Assembly: GCA_050251055.1 (NCBI GenBank)
Contig: JBFWNL010000013.1
Coordinates: 1-64,000 of the forward strand
Direction of reading: 5' to 3'
Source: Bacteriovoracia bacterium
GTDB lineage: Bacteria; Bdellovibrionota; UBA1018; JBFWNL01
DNA: 64,000 nucleotides
The notes below the pieces were generated by a model. That model did not search any database, was not told the DNA's origin, and saw only the letters and a list, made by a program, of their open reading frames with translations. Below, piece by piece: positions 21,958 through 31,824 of this stretch. Numbering within the stretch: position 1 is the first letter of the stretch; each line of letters starts with the position of its first letter. The position numbers and the translations under genes are program-made.

Positions 21958-22815
21958 GTGGGGGTGGTTCCGCTCAATCGCTTTTTGAACGAAGTTCACC
22001 AGAAATATCACCACGCCGACTTCCTTGACTCGGACCCCTTGGAATTCGTGCATCGGTATGCTGACCCGGCGGATCAAGAGGTGGTGGCACTGATCGCGAG
22101 CGTTTTAGCCTACGGGAACGTGAAGCAGATCCGAAATTCCGTGACCGATCTATTGTCCCGCATGGGCTCCGTCGCTGCGGGACCGGCTGATTTCGTGCGC
22201 CGTTTGGAACACGACTATTTCAGAAGCGACGCCCGGGCGAAGCTGCGGGGGTTCGTCCATCGGTTTAACCGCGGACCGGATCTTTTCGCGCTCCTGCTCC
22301 TGATTCATCGCAGCTGGCGCGAGTACGGCTCGGTGGGCGGCCACTTCGTTCGCGGGTTAGGCGAAGAGGATCGCAACATCGCTCCCGCCTTGAATCGTTT
22401 GATCGATGATTGGTGGAAGTGGGTGGGGCCCCGCCCCCCGGCTTCTTTTGGATATCTGCTTACGCGCCCGGCGGATGGCAGCACTTGTAAGCGTTGGAAC
22501 ATGTTTTTGCGCTGGATGGGGCGCAAGGACGAGCTCGATCCGGGGCTTTGGACGGCTTCCGGGCCGTGGGCCTCCGATTGGAAAGGCCGACATGTGCGCT
22601 CGCGCCAGCTCGTGATGCCGCTGGATACGCACACGGGTCGTATCAGCCAGGGGCTGGGACTCACGAAACGCAAGAGCCTCAACTGGCTCGCGGCCGAAGA
22701 GGTGACCGATTCGTTGCGCCAGTTCGATCCCGAAGATCCCGTGCGTTTTGATTTTTCGCTCTGCCGCATTGGTATGAAAGAGGGCGCCAAGGGAGAAGTG
22801 CTTTGGCAGGTTTAG
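21958..22815 (+). CDS. TIGR02757 family protein (DUF2400)
   Basis: DPLEFVHRY, DQEVVAL..LAYG, CKRWNMFLRWM.R.D..DPGLW, PLDTH, DPVRFDFSL. Confidence 0.9.
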   Translation: MGVVPLNRFLNEVHQKYHHADFLDSDPLEFVHRYADPADQEVVALIASVLAYGNVKQIRNSVTDLLSRMGSVAAGPADFVRRLEHDYFRSDARAKLRGFVHRFNRGPDLFALLLLIHRSWREYGSVGGHFVRGLGEEDRNIAPALNRLIDDWWKWVGPRPPASFGYLLTRPADGSTCKRWNMFLRWMGRKDELDPGLWTASGPWASDWKGRHVRSRQLVMPLDTHTGRISQGLGLTKRKSLNWLAAEEVTDSLRQFDPEDPVRFDFSLCRIGMKEGAKGEVLWQV

Positions 22816-24086
22816 GTAAGCGCTGGTTCTATTGGGCGTTTGTGATCTACGCGGTTTCGACCTTCGTCTCCATGGCGGCGATGAGCATTGGCGTGGCGAT
22901 TTTGCTCGTGGTGCTGGTCACCGAGCTGGGGGGACCGCGGGAGTTCGCCCGTGCCGTGCGGGGAGAGATGTTTCGCCCCCGTGCGCGGTGGTTGTTCTAC
23001 GCGGCTTCTGCGCTCGCGGTCTTTTGCGTGCTGAGCTTGCTTGCGGGATTGATTTGGCCGGCGACGTATGGCGGACGTTCGGCGAGCATTCATTTTTTTC
23101 GGGATGCGCTCAAGGTTTGGTATTTGTTCCTGCCATTCGCGGTAGCGGCCGGGCTGCGGAGTTTAAATCAACGGGATCGCACCGCGGTGTTTCGCGCTTG
23201 GCTCGTCGCCTTCGTGATTTTTTCCTGCTTCGGGGTACTCCAATATTTCTGGGGCTGGCCGCGGCCGCGGACGATCCCGGGCCACGAACCTTTCCACCAT
23301 GTACAGCTGGGGCTAGGTCACCACCTCTCTTACGCTAGCGTCTTCATTTTTCCGTTTTTCTTTTGGCTGGAATGCCTTCAGAGCCGGCTCGCGGGGTGGC
23401 GCATTCGCCGCAGCTGGCTGATCGGAGGGGCTTGGATCGGATTCATGGCGCTCATGGGGACGTTCTCCCGCACGCTTTGGCTTGCGCTTCCGGTGGGCGT
23501 CTTGGTCTGGCTGATTTGGAGCCTGCCCAAGCGTTTTCGGGCGCCGCTTACGATCGGCTCCGTGTTGTTAGCCGTGGGGATTTATAGCTTGCCGGTGGTG
23601 CAAAACCGCTTACACACGAGCTTGGGCGTGCTTCCCCGCGAGCGATTGTGGCAGGCGAATTGGCAGATGTTTATCGACCGGCCCGTGCTCGGGGTGGGCT
23701 TTCGTAAAAACGAGCAACTCAGCGGGTACTATCTGATCGATCAGCAGAAATCCGCCGATGTCTTCGCCGGCCATGCCCATAATAATTTCCTCGATATCTT
23801 GTCGGGCGTGGGCGCCCTGGGGGCCGCCGCTTGGCTCTTTTGGTGCGGCGTGGTTTTTTGGTTGATTTGGCAAGCACGGCAAAGTGGGAGTATCTTCTCT
23901 CAACCCTACCTGTTCCGGAGGCCATTGCTTTGCGCCTGGCTGGTTTTCCAGGTAAATGGGTTGACGCAGGTAAATTTCTGGGAAGGGAAAGTGATGCATC
24001 AGATGATGTGGTCGGTCGCGTGGTTGCTGCTAGCCACGGCCGCTTCCGTCCCGCCCCCTTCGGAGAAACGTCATGGCAAAACCTAA
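22803..24086 (+). CDS. O-antigen ligase / Wzy_C-family membrane protein
   Basis: Many TM helices, TFSRTLW, R..LW......DRPVLGVG, HAHNNFLD..G..G; start uncertain. Confidence 0.85.
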   Translation: MAGLGKRWFYWAFVIYAVSTFVSMAAMSIGVAILLVVLVTELGGPREFARAVRGEMFRPRARWLFYAASALAVFCVLSLLAGLIWPATYGGRSASIHFFRDALKVWYLFLPFAVAAGLRSLNQRDRTAVFRAWLVAFVIFSCFGVLQYFWGWPRPRTIPGHEPFHHVQLGLGHHLSYASVFIFPFFFWLECLQSRLAGWRIRRSWLIGGAWIGFMALMGTFSRTLWLALPVGVLVWLIWSLPKRFRAPLTIGSVLLAVGIYSLPVVQNRLHTSLGVLPRERLWQANWQMFIDRPVLGVGFRKNEQLSGYYLIDQQKSADVFAGHAHNNFLDILSGVGALGAAAWLFWCGVVFWLIWQARQSGSIFSQPYLFRRPLLCAWLVFQVNGLTQVNFWEGKVMHQMMWSVAWLLLATAASVPPPSEKRHGKT

Positions 24087-25197
24087 AATAGTTATCGATG
24101 CGCGCATGATCACGCGGGAGGGGCATGGGATTTCGCTTTACGTGCAGGACTTAATCCACGGGCTCGCCCGCATGCGCGACGCTTCGCCACTCGCGTACGA
24201 GCCGGTGTTTTTGATCGACGCGAGCATGGGGCCGGGTACACCGGGGTCCGCGGTCTGGCGCGGATTCGCCACCGAAACCGTGGGCGTTCCCTTCCTCAAC
24301 CCTCGTGAGCTCGTGGCTTTACCGGGCGTGATTCGTCGGCTGCGCCCTGCCCTTTATCACTCCCCGAGTTTCTCGAGTCTTTGGTGGTGCCCTGTCCCTT
24401 GGCTGGTAACGGTCCATGACTTGAACCATCTGATCTACGGCAATTGGGCTCATCGTGCATACTATCGGGCGATCCTGCGTCCATTCATGCGGGGCGCGCG
24501 CAAGCTTCTCACGGTGTCCCAGTTTTCCCGCTCGGAGATCGCGAAGTGGCTGGGGATGGACCCCCTCACGATCGAAGTGGTCGAAAACGCCATCGACTTC
24601 CACGAGGAAAAATCAGACGACGCGATCCTGGAGCGCTTCGGGCTGCGGCCCGGGAAGTACTTTTTCTGCGCCTCGCATAATAAGCCGCATAAGAATTTGC
24701 CGATCTTGGCGCGCGCCTACGACGAGCTGGGTACGAACGCGGATTGGCCGTTAGTGCTGACCACTCACGGCGTGTCCTCGCAAAACGTGAAGCTGATCCA
24801 AACCGGAAATCTTTCGCGTCCCGAGTTTTATGCCTTGCTGAAACACGCAGGGACCCTGGTGTTCCCGTCGGTTTACGAGGGTTTCGGTCGCCCCCCTCTG
24901 GAAGGCTTGTTGGCCGGGGTACCCGTGATCGTGTCGGACATTCCGCCGCATCGGGAAGCGCTGGCCGAGGTGCAAGCGACGGAAGCGCGCTTTGTCATCC
25001 CGCTCGACGTGGCGGGTATCGCGGAGGCCTTGCGCGCGGCTATGCGCGGGGAGTTAAAAAAGCCCTCGGCAGCCACCCAGGCGGCGATTCAGCGCCGTTT
25101 CAGCGTCGAGAGCTTGGCCGCCAAGATGGACCGTATTTACCGGATTATGCTAGAAACGACGGCGACCCGTGCTCTGGAGCACGACAAGGAACTCTAA
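24073..25197 (+). CDS. GT4 glycosyltransferase
   Basis: IDAR, TVHDL, TVSQFSR, PHKN, FPSVYEGFGRPPLE. Confidence 0.92.
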   Translation: MAKPKIVIDARMITREGHGISLYVQDLIHGLARMRDASPLAYEPVFLIDASMGPGTPGSAVWRGFATETVGVPFLNPRELVALPGVIRRLRPALYHSPSFSSLWWCPVPWLVTVHDLNHLIYGNWAHRAYYRAILRPFMRGARKLLTVSQFSRSEIAKWLGMDPLTIEVVENAIDFHEEKSDDAILERFGLRPGKYFFCASHNKPHKNLPILARAYDELGTNADWPLVLTTHGVSSQNVKLIQTGNLSRPEFYALLKHAGTLVFPSVYEGFGRPPLEGLLAGVPVIVSDIPPHREALAEVQATEARFVIPLDVAGIAEALRAAMRGELKKPSAATQAAIQRRFSVESLAAKMDRIYRIMLETTATRALEHDKEL

Positions 25198-26198
25198 TGA
25201 AAAAACACGTCCTCATCACCGGCGGCGCCGGATTCATCGGCTCCCACCTTTGCGATCAGCTACTGGCGCGCGGTTACGCGGTCACCGCTCTCGATAACCT
25301 CGTCACCGGGCGGATGTCGAATATCGCCGAAGCCCAGAAGAACGACGCGTTCGACTTCGTGAAGTGGGACATCTCCCAGCCCGTGCGCGACGAGCAGATT
25401 CCGTTTATCCAAGACTTTGGCCTGCATGGCGTGTTTCACTTCGCTTGTCCGGCGAGTCCCGTGGACTTCGATCGTATCCCTTTCGAGATTTTGAAAGTCG
25501 ATTCCCTGGGCACCATCCATACCGTGGATCTGGCGCTCAAGCACGGCGCCCGCTACCTGGTCGCGTCGACGTCCGAAATATACGGTGATCCACTCGAGCA
25601 CCCTCAGAAGGAAACTTATTGGGGTAACGTGAACACCATCGGTCCGCGCGCCTGTTACGATGAAACCAAGCGCTTCGCCGAGGCTTACGTGAGCGTCGCC
25701 ATCCGCGGCGTGGGCAAGTATGAGAAAATGCACTACGAGCCGCTGAACGGCGCCATGGTTCGCATCTTTAATACCTATGGCCCTCGGATGCGACCTGATG
25801 ATGGTCGCGTCGTGCCCGAGCTTTGCATGCAGGCGATCCAAGGCCAGCCGCTGACCATTCATGGGGACGGCAAGCAGACGCGTAGCTTTTGTTACGTGTC
25901 GGACCTGGTGGCCGGGATTATCGCGCTTTTCGAAAGCGACCTCAAACAGCCGATGAACTGCGGAAACCCCGTCGAGCGTACGATTTTGGAGTTCGCCGAG
26001 GCGGTTCGGCAAATCCACGCAAAGACCACCGGCAAGCCCGCCTCCGCCATCCGTCATCTGCCGGGACGTACGGACGACCCCAAGCGCCGTTGCCCCGATA
26101 TCTCGCTCGCGAAGGAGAAACTGGGCTGGCAGCCGAAAGTTGACCTGATGGAAGGCCTGGCGGAAACTTACCGCTACTTCGTGCAGAATCCGAAATGA
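25197..26198 (+). CDS. UDP-glucuronate decarboxylase-like SDR
   Basis: TGGAGFIGSHL, ACPASP, ASTSEIYGDP..HPQ.E.YWGNVN.IGPRACYDE.KR, RIFNTYGPRM, DDPKRRCPDI; true start ATG 25197. Confidence 0.92.
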   Translation: MKKHVLITGGAGFIGSHLCDQLLARGYAVTALDNLVTGRMSNIAEAQKNDAFDFVKWDISQPVRDEQIPFIQDFGLHGVFHFACPASPVDFDRIPFEILKVDSLGTIHTVDLALKHGARYLVASTSEIYGDPLEHPQKETYWGNVNTIGPRACYDETKRFAEAYVSVAIRGVGKYEKMHYEPLNGAMVRIFNTYGPRMRPDDGRVVPELCMQAIQGQPLTIHGDGKQTRSFCYVSDLVAGIIALFESDLKQPMNCGNPVERTILEFAEAVRQIHAKTTGKPASAIRHLPGRTDDPKRRCPDISLAKEKLGWQPKVDLMEGLAETYRYFVQNPK

Positions 26199-27343
26199 CC
26201 CTATCGGCGGCCCAACCTCGCGTAGCGCTCGTGCATGACTGGCTCACCGGTATGCGCGGGGGCGAGCTCGTGCTTGACGCGATCGCGGAGCTCTTTCCCC
26301 AGGCCGAACTCTTCACCCTGCTTTACGTGCCGGGGAAGCTCAGCCCGAACATTGTCGCGCTCAAGCGTCATACGAGCCTTCTGCAAAGAATGCCGATGGC
26401 GGAGCGAAAGTACCGTCACTATCTGCCGCTCATGCCGAAGTTTGCCGAGGGTTTGGATGTACGCGATTTTGACCTCATCGTCTCCTCGTCCCACTGCGTG
26501 GCCAAGGGTGTGCGCAAGCGCCCAGATGCCGTGCACGTTAGCTACGTGCATGCGCCCATGCGCTACATGTGGGATCGCTTCGATGATTATTTCGGCCCAG
26601 GCCGCGCGTCGCTGCCGGTACGCCTGGCCGCGCGTGCGTTGCGCCCTTACCTACAGGGGTGGGATCGGCGCACGAGTCAGGACGACAACGTCGATGTGCT
26701 GGTCGCCAATAGTCAGTTCATCGCCGGGCAGATCCGCGCTGCTTACGGGCGCGAAGCCTCGGTCATTTATCCTTTCGTCGATTACGCGCGCTTCGCGAAT
26801 CAGCCGCGTGCTCCGGGAAAAAGCTACTTAATGGTAGGCGCGTTTGCGCCGAATAAACGGGTGGATGTCGCGATCGAAGCCTTCAATCGCTTGAAACTCC
26901 CGCTCTTGATCGTCGGCGGTGGTCAAGAAGAGCGGCGCTTGAGGAAAATGGCGGGGCCCACGATCGATTTCCTGGGCCAGCTTTCCAATTCCGCCATCGC
27001 GGATTTATATGCCAAGTGTCGTGCGTTCATTTTCCCCGGTCTCGAAGACTTCGGCATCACTCCGCTCGAAGCCATGGCCGCCGGTGCGCCCGTGATCGCC
27101 TACGGGGCCGGGGGAGCCACGGAAACGGTGACCTCCGAAACCGGCATTCTCTTTAAACCCCAAACCCCCGAAGCCTTGATGGACGCCGTTTCGCGCATGG
27201 AGAGCGGGGGAGCGCCTATTTCGCCAGAAGCCTGCCGCGCGCGCGCCGCTCAGTTCTCGCGCGAGCGTTTTCAGCGAGAATTTCAGGCCGTAGTTCAGGC
27301 GGCGGTGACCGCCAAAACCGCGAAAAACTGGGTGGATTCGTGA
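26195..27343 (+). CDS. GT4 glycosyltransferase (WbaZ-like mannosyltransferase)
   Basis: VHDWL..MRGGE, SSSHCVAKG, HAPMRY.WD, ANS, EDFGITPLEAMAAG. Confidence 0.92.
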   Translation: MTLSAAQPRVALVHDWLTGMRGGELVLDAIAELFPQAELFTLLYVPGKLSPNIVALKRHTSLLQRMPMAERKYRHYLPLMPKFAEGLDVRDFDLIVSSSHCVAKGVRKRPDAVHVSYVHAPMRYMWDRFDDYFGPGRASLPVRLAARALRPYLQGWDRRTSQDDNVDVLVANSQFIAGQIRAAYGREASVIYPFVDYARFANQPRAPGKSYLMVGAFAPNKRVDVAIEAFNRLKLPLLIVGGGQEERRLRKMAGPTIDFLGQLSNSAIADLYAKCRAFIFPGLEDFGITPLEAMAAGAPVIAYGAGGATETVTSETGILFKPQTPEALMDAVSRMESGGAPISPEACRARAAQFSRERFQREFQAVVQAAVTAKTAKNWVDS

Positions 27344-27357
27344 AGTTTTCCCGAATC

Positions 27358-27876
27358 TCAGGCCGCTCGATAGAGCTCGGCCAGCTCCGCCGCATTGAAG
27401 TGTCGACGCAAGGCCGCGGCCGCAGGATGGGTGTTTATAAATGCGCGTAATTCTGGATAGCGCTGCTCGAGCTCCTCGATGAAGCGGGACTGTTGGGCGT
27501 AAGCTCGCCGTTCGGCTTCAAGAATCCCCTTTTCGCAACGCACGCCCCGCTTCGCCATTTTCCAAAGCTCCGCGTCCAGTGCGTGAACGATCTCGTGAAA
27601 TAGGAATATGGCCAGGACTACCGTTTCGTTCGCGTAGTCGACGTAGATCTGCCCCGTAACTCCGTCGGTGACGAAGACGGCGCCATGATTTTCTCCGGGC
27701 ACTCTCAGCGCGCGTAAGCGTTCCGAGAGCTCCGTCGGAAATGGCAGGACATCTACCCGCCGCTGGCCGGAGTGGCGCAAGAATTCCTCGAGGAATCTGC
27801 GTCCGGTAGGGCATTTGGCAATCCACGCGAACGCGGCGTTGATGTCGGGCGACTTCTGGCGGAAATCGATGGTCAC
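27358..27876 (-). CDS. Hypothetical protein with HExxH zincin motif
   Basis: FHEIVHALD followed by E..A (AERRAY). Confidence 0.6.
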   Translation of the reverse strand: MTIDFRQKSPDINAAFAWIAKCPTGRRFLEEFLRHSGQRRVDVLPFPTELSERLRALRVPGENHGAVFVTDGVTGQIYVDYANETVVLAIFLFHEIVHALDAELWKMAKRGVRCEKGILEAERRAYAQQSRFIEELEQRYPELRAFINTHPAAAALRRHFNAAELAELYRAA

Positions 27877-27883
27877 GTGACGC

Positions 27884-27911
27884 TATTCGGCCGGTGGCGT
27901 CACGAGCTTTA
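27884..27911 (-). promoter_or_regulatory. Possible sigma28 (FliA)-type promoter
   Basis: TAAA-N16-GCCGAATA directly upstream of the 27876 start. Confidence 0.4.
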
Positions 27912-27948
27912 ATTCGTGCTCCTGAACGACGCGTGAATTAGGTGCGTT

Positions 27949-28890
27949 TTAGGCGAGCTGAACCATTTTGAGCAGCGATTCGCGACGAGCGTCGATTTCT
28001 TGGCGCTCCAGGCGCATCAGGCGATGCAGGCTGAAGTCTTCGACGGTGAAGCTCGCGGTCACGCAGCCCACGACCATGGCCTGGCGCATATGCTTGTCCC
28101 ACGCCTTGGCGTCCTTCCCGCTCAGGGTGCGGTCGATATTGTTGGCGGCGAGATAGCCCATGAAGGCGCCCGCGAAGCTATCGCCCGCGCCGGTCGGGTC
28201 CACCACTTCGTTCACCGGGTAGGCGGGGCACATGTAGGTGCCGTTCGGAGTGAAGAGCCAGGCGCCGTATTCGCCGCGCTTAATGACAAGCGTGCTCGGG
28301 CCCATGTCGCGGATCATGCCCGCCGCGCGCACCAGGTTCTTGTGGCCGGAAAGCTGATAGGCTTCGCCTTCGTTGATGGAGAGGATGTCGATGCGCTTGA
28401 GCGTCGCCTTCAGGTCGCTCAGCTTGCTGGAAATCCAGTAGTTCATGGTATCGCAAGCAACGAGCTTCGGGGCGCGCACCTGGTCGAGCACGCTCTGCTG
28501 GAGCACGGGATCGATGTTGGCCAGGAAGACGTGCGTGGATTGCTTCTGGGCTTCGTTGAGCTTGGGGTTGAAGTCAGCGAACACGTTGAGGTCGGTCTGG
28601 AGCGTCTTTGCCTCGTTGAGGTTTTTGTCGTACTGGCCTTTCCAGTGAAAGGTCTTGCCGGGAACGAATTGGATGCCGCTTACGTCGATGCCGCGGCCCT
28701 TGAGCCATTCCACGTGCGATTTTGGAAAGTCCTCGCCGACCACGCCCACGACTTGCACGGGAGAGAAGAAGGAGGACGCCACGGAGAAGTAGTTGCCGGA
28801 TCCGCCAAGCACGCCGTCCGCCTTGCCGGCGGGGGTTTCGATGGAGTCAAAGGCGAGCGAACCTACGGTTAGAATCGAGTTTTTTTCCAT
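27949..28890 (-). CDS. PfkB-family carbohydrate/nucleoside kinase
   Basis: VGSLAFDSI.TP, GGSG, DTMNYWI, NEGEA, DPTGAGDSFAG; start moved to ATG 28890. Confidence 0.92.
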   Translation of the reverse strand: MEKNSILTVGSLAFDSIETPAGKADGVLGGSGNYFSVASSFFSPVQVVGVVGEDFPKSHVEWLKGRGIDVSGIQFVPGKTFHWKGQYDKNLNEAKTLQTDLNVFADFNPKLNEAQKQSTHVFLANIDPVLQQSVLDQVRAPKLVACDTMNYWISSKLSDLKATLKRIDILSINEGEAYQLSGHKNLVRAAGMIRDMGPSTLVIKRGEYGAWLFTPNGTYMCPAYPVNEVVDPTGAGDSFAGAFMGYLAANNIDRTLSGKDAKAWDKHMRQAMVVGCVTASFTVEDFSLHRLMRLERQEIDARRESLLKMVQLA

Positions 28891-28921
28891 GCGGGGAGTT
28901 AATCGGGCCCAGGATCCTATG

Positions 28922-29503
28922 TCAATATCGAATTTCCCGGGCATCCCCGGTTTGTCCCGGTTTTTTCTCGCTTTTTTCGACTTTTGGCGGGGCCGGGTTC
29001 CGTTTGAGGAACTCGATGGCTTCCGGCATCGCGTCCCAACCGGGGCCTAGCGGTGCCCATTCTCCGGCCTTGGCTTTCGGGTTCTCCTCCCGCGAGAAGA
29101 AAAATGCGGTAGGTTCGGCGGCGACGAAAATCGCGATAACCGGAATTCCGCCCGGGGCCTGCACCCACGCCTGTCCGGGAGCTTCCATTTGAATAGGGAG
29201 CGTGCGGGCCAGTCGCGCGCGGCGATCTAGACTTTCTACCGCCGAGAGCCCGTATCCGCGCATCACTCCTTTCCAGGCGTCGAGCGGGGGCGGGTTTTCA
29301 GCGTGCCATGCCGCCAGGGCCTGGTGTTCAGAGTAGCGCTGGGCGAGTTGGCCGCCGACCAGCGCGGCGGTGAGGTAACCTGCGAGGGGAAGGTGGTTTA
29401 AAAGGGGTCGGAGTGATGGCGCAGCTCCTTGCGATAGGCTTCGTAATGACCGGAAAAAATCTTTACCCCGCTGAGCAAGGTAATCAAGATCAAAGCGACC
29501 CAT
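28922..29503 (-). CDS. Hypothetical protein
   Basis: Fills the gap in a same-strand operon; one hydrophobic segment; start uncertain. Confidence 0.35.
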   Translation of the reverse strand: MGRFDLDYLAQRGKDFFRSLRSLSQGAAPSLRPLLNHLPLAGYLTAALVGGQLAQRYSEHQALAAWHAENPPPLDAWKGVMRGYGLSAVESLDRRARLARTLPIQMEAPGQAWVQAPGGIPVIAIFVAAEPTAFFFSREENPKAKAGEWAPLGPGWDAMPEAIEFLKRNPAPPKVEKSEKKPGQTGDAREIRY

Positions 29504-29580
29504 AGAATGGCCTCCGCCAGGATTTGACCAGATTGCGATTTTCGTTCAAGGGCGTATCCACTTGGCTTTCCATTTCTCAT
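29398..29580 (-). CDS. Small TadE-like pseudopilin
   Basis: SG|QILAEAILWVALIL prepilin motif (Glu at +5). Confidence 0.55.
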   Translation of the reverse strand: MRNGKPSGYALERKSQSGQILAEAILWVALILITLLSGVKIFSGHYEAYRKELRHHSDPF

Positions 29581-30124
29581 CGACATCGGTGGTTGCTCCT
29601 TCGCGCCAGGTTTCCGCGGCGGCTCGCCGGTGTTTTCCCTCCGCCCGGATTCGCAGCGAATGATGGGCCGCGGTCCAGACGAGCGGTCGGGGACCCAGTC
29701 CGTCGGGAGGCGGTCGCGTATATGGAACGTTGGGTAAGGGAACGGGTAAGTGCCGATATCCTTCGCAAGCTCCTGGAAAAAACCATTGGGCTTGTTTGAA
29801 CTTCCAGCGCCCGAGCAAGAAGGTCTGGGCACCGACCGCGACCAGGAGTGCTTGCCGGAGGGGGACGGCCACCGCCGGTTGCAAAGTCGCCGCCGCGATC
29901 GCCACTCGTAGCCGTTCCACTTCGCGATTCAGGCTTTCCGTTTGGTTCAAGGTTCGCTTGAGCTCGAGCGCTGCCTTGCCCGTGCAGCGATCTAGCGCAA
30001 TCTGCTCGCGCGTGAGACGTCGCCAATCCTGCATGAGCTTCAACATACCGAGCGTGGCGATCGCCGTTAGGGCGAGCGTCACCGCTAGAACGAGCGACAG
30101 GAATCCCCTTCGATCCATCCTCAA
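29546..30124 (-). CDS. Pilin-like (TadG-like) protein
   Basis: RRG|FLSLVLAVTLAL N-terminus, LDRC motif; overlaps neighbours. Confidence 0.55.
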   Translation of the reverse strand: MRMDRRGFLSLVLAVTLALTAIATLGMLKLMQDWRRLTREQIALDRCTGKAALELKRTLNQTESLNREVERLRVAIAAATLQPAVAVPLRQALLVAVGAQTFLLGRWKFKQAQWFFPGACEGYRHLPVPLPNVPYTRPPPDGLGPRPLVWTAAHHSLRIRAEGKHRRAAAETWREGATTDVDEKWKAKWIRP

Positions 30125-30378
30125 GTTCCTCCGTCGAATTCTTCAAGGGGCTTGAGCTCCACGAATTCGCGGGTGTTGCGGGCGCCACAAGCGCGCTCTA
30201 CCCGCACCCGTTCGCGTGGATTTTCGAGCAGGCGCGCATGGGCCGATTGAAACGCCTTCACCAAGCAGTCGAATCGCCCGCCGACCGTTAGAACCAAACG
30301 GCTACTGCCTGCGACGAGCAGGGTGATCAAACTCGCGCAAAGCAGGAACTCCGCGAGGGCTTGGCCACGTGAATCCAT
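30121..30378 (-). CDS. TadE-like pseudopilin
   Basis: SRG|QALAEFLLCASLITLL. Confidence 0.7.
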   Translation of the reverse strand: MDSRGQALAEFLLCASLITLLVAGSSRLVLTVGGRFDCLVKAFQSAHARLLENPRERVRVERACGARNTREFVELKPLEEFDGGT

Positions 30379-30406
30379 CCCAGCTAAATCATCTTGCATC
30401 CGACTT

Positions 30407-30580
30407 TCAGTCATCGTGGGCGCTGATTTGATTGATCTGGTTTCGGGCTTCCTTGAGTTTGACTTTGACCTGGGTGCCGATGCTCTTCACCATGCCGATC
30501 GATACGATCGCAATCAGGATGAGGAGGATCGTGTATTCCGTAAGGCCTTGGCCGTCTTCGTTGGCGAGAAGTTTTTTCAT
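30407..30580 (-). CDS. flp: Flp-family type IVc pilin
   Basis: NEDG|QGLTEYTILLILIAIV Flp motif, 57 aa, RBS AAGGA. Confidence 0.9.
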   Translation of the reverse strand: MKKLLANEDGQGLTEYTILLILIAIVSIGMVKSIGTQVKVKLKEARNQINQISAHDD

Positions 30581-30741
30581 GTGGTTTGAGTCCTTTCTTT
30601 GCGATCGCCTTTGAAAGAGTTGGGCCAACCCCGGGGGGAGCGTCAGACGCCTGACTCTTGGGCAGTGGCAGAGGATTTGGGACCGACCCCCCGAGTAAAT
30701 GCCGCTTGTCGGAGGCCGGGCTTCCCGGTATCAATATAAGT

Positions 30742-31440
30742 ATGGAAAAGAAGCACCGCTTCTTAGTGTACGATCCTCGTGAGATGGTCGTGCTCGTGAC
30801 GCTGGCCGTTATGATCACCGTTTTGGGGTTTACGCTGGGGGTCCATCTTGGGAAGCAGATTCCTTCGGGGCAGGCCCATAAGGGCGAGGGGGACTTTTCC
30901 TCCGTCGAAACCGTGCGGGATCAAACCCCCAGTCAGTTAGATCTGTCCGAGCAAGGCAAGGGTGCTGATTCGGCGGCCGACAATGTCCTCAATAGCGCCG
31001 TTCAAGGCGAAGTCGCGCGGACGGGGTTGAAGCTCGATACGCCTCGCCAGGTGGAGCTACCGGATAAGACCGTCAGCCAGCAGGGGGGGGCCACGCAGCC
31101 GCCCCAGGCGCACGTCGCTGGAAAACCGGCGGAAAAAACTCACGGGGCAACGGTCGTCAAGGGCGCCGATTCACTCCCGGCGCTGGCTCGGCCCGCGCCG
31201 AGCGGAAAATTTACGATTCAGGTGGGGTCGTTTCCGTCGCTCGACGATGCTCGTCCCAACGCCGAAGTGCTCGAAACGCGCGGTTTGAAGCCATTCATCC
31301 GCTCCGCGGAAGTGTCGGGTAAGAAGTGGTACCGCGTTTATCTCGGGGGATATCCGACGAAAAAGGCCGCGGAAGAAGCCGGTACGAAGTGGGTGCACGC
31401 CCACGCCTTCGAATCCTTCATTGTCTCTAAAATGCCCTAG
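30742..31440 (+). CDS. SPOR-domain protein (FtsN/DedD-like)
   Basis: N-terminal TM helix, low-complexity linker, FTIQVGSF...WYRVYLGGY. Confidence 0.88.
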   Translation: MEKKHRFLVYDPREMVVLVTLAVMITVLGFTLGVHLGKQIPSGQAHKGEGDFSSVETVRDQTPSQLDLSEQGKGADSAADNVLNSAVQGEVARTGLKLDTPRQVELPDKTVSQQGGATQPPQAHVAGKPAEKTHGATVVKGADSLPALARPAPSGKFTIQVGSFPSLDDARPNAEVLETRGLKPFIRSAEVSGKKWYRVYLGGYPTKKAAEEAGTKWVHAHAFESFIVSKMP

Positions 31441-31455
31441 TGGTAGATCCTTTCC

Positions 31456-31824
31456 ATGGGCAAAAAGCTGATTCAACGCGTGGAAAAGCCATGGGGCTAT
31501 GAACTGATCTGGGCACAGACGCAAGACTACGTCGGTAAGATCCTGCACATCAATAAAGGCCACAAGCTTTCGCTGCAGTACCATAAGGTCAAAGAAGAGA
31601 CGATTATGGTCTACAGCGGCAAGATGGCGTTCGTGTTTGAAAGTCCGAGCGGTGAAATGACCGAGATTGTTTTGAACCCCGGCGAAGCCCACCACATTCC
31701 GCCCGGAAAAAAACACCGCATGATCGCGCTCGAAGACTGTGACGTATTTGAAGTTTCCACTCCTCAGCTCGACGACGTGGTTCGCTTAGAGGATGGTTAT
31801 GGCCGAAACGTCGCCCAAAAATAA
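31456..31824 (+). CDS. Cupin (type II mannose-6-phosphate isomerase-like)
   Basis: VEKPWGYE, LSLQYH..KEET, HR, EVSTP.LDDVVRLED.YGR. Confidence 0.85.
   Translation: MGKKLIQRVEKPWGYELIWAQTQDYVGKILHINKGHKLSLQYHKVKEETIMVYSGKMAFVFESPSGEMTEIVLNPGEAHHIPPGKKHRMIALEDCDVFEVSTPQLDDVVRLEDGYGRNVAQK

Noticed and set aside
24744-25196. N-terminal extension of the SDR ORF
   Set aside because: Overlaps the GT4 gene; the Rossmann motif starts right after ATG 25197, which is coupled to the upstream stop
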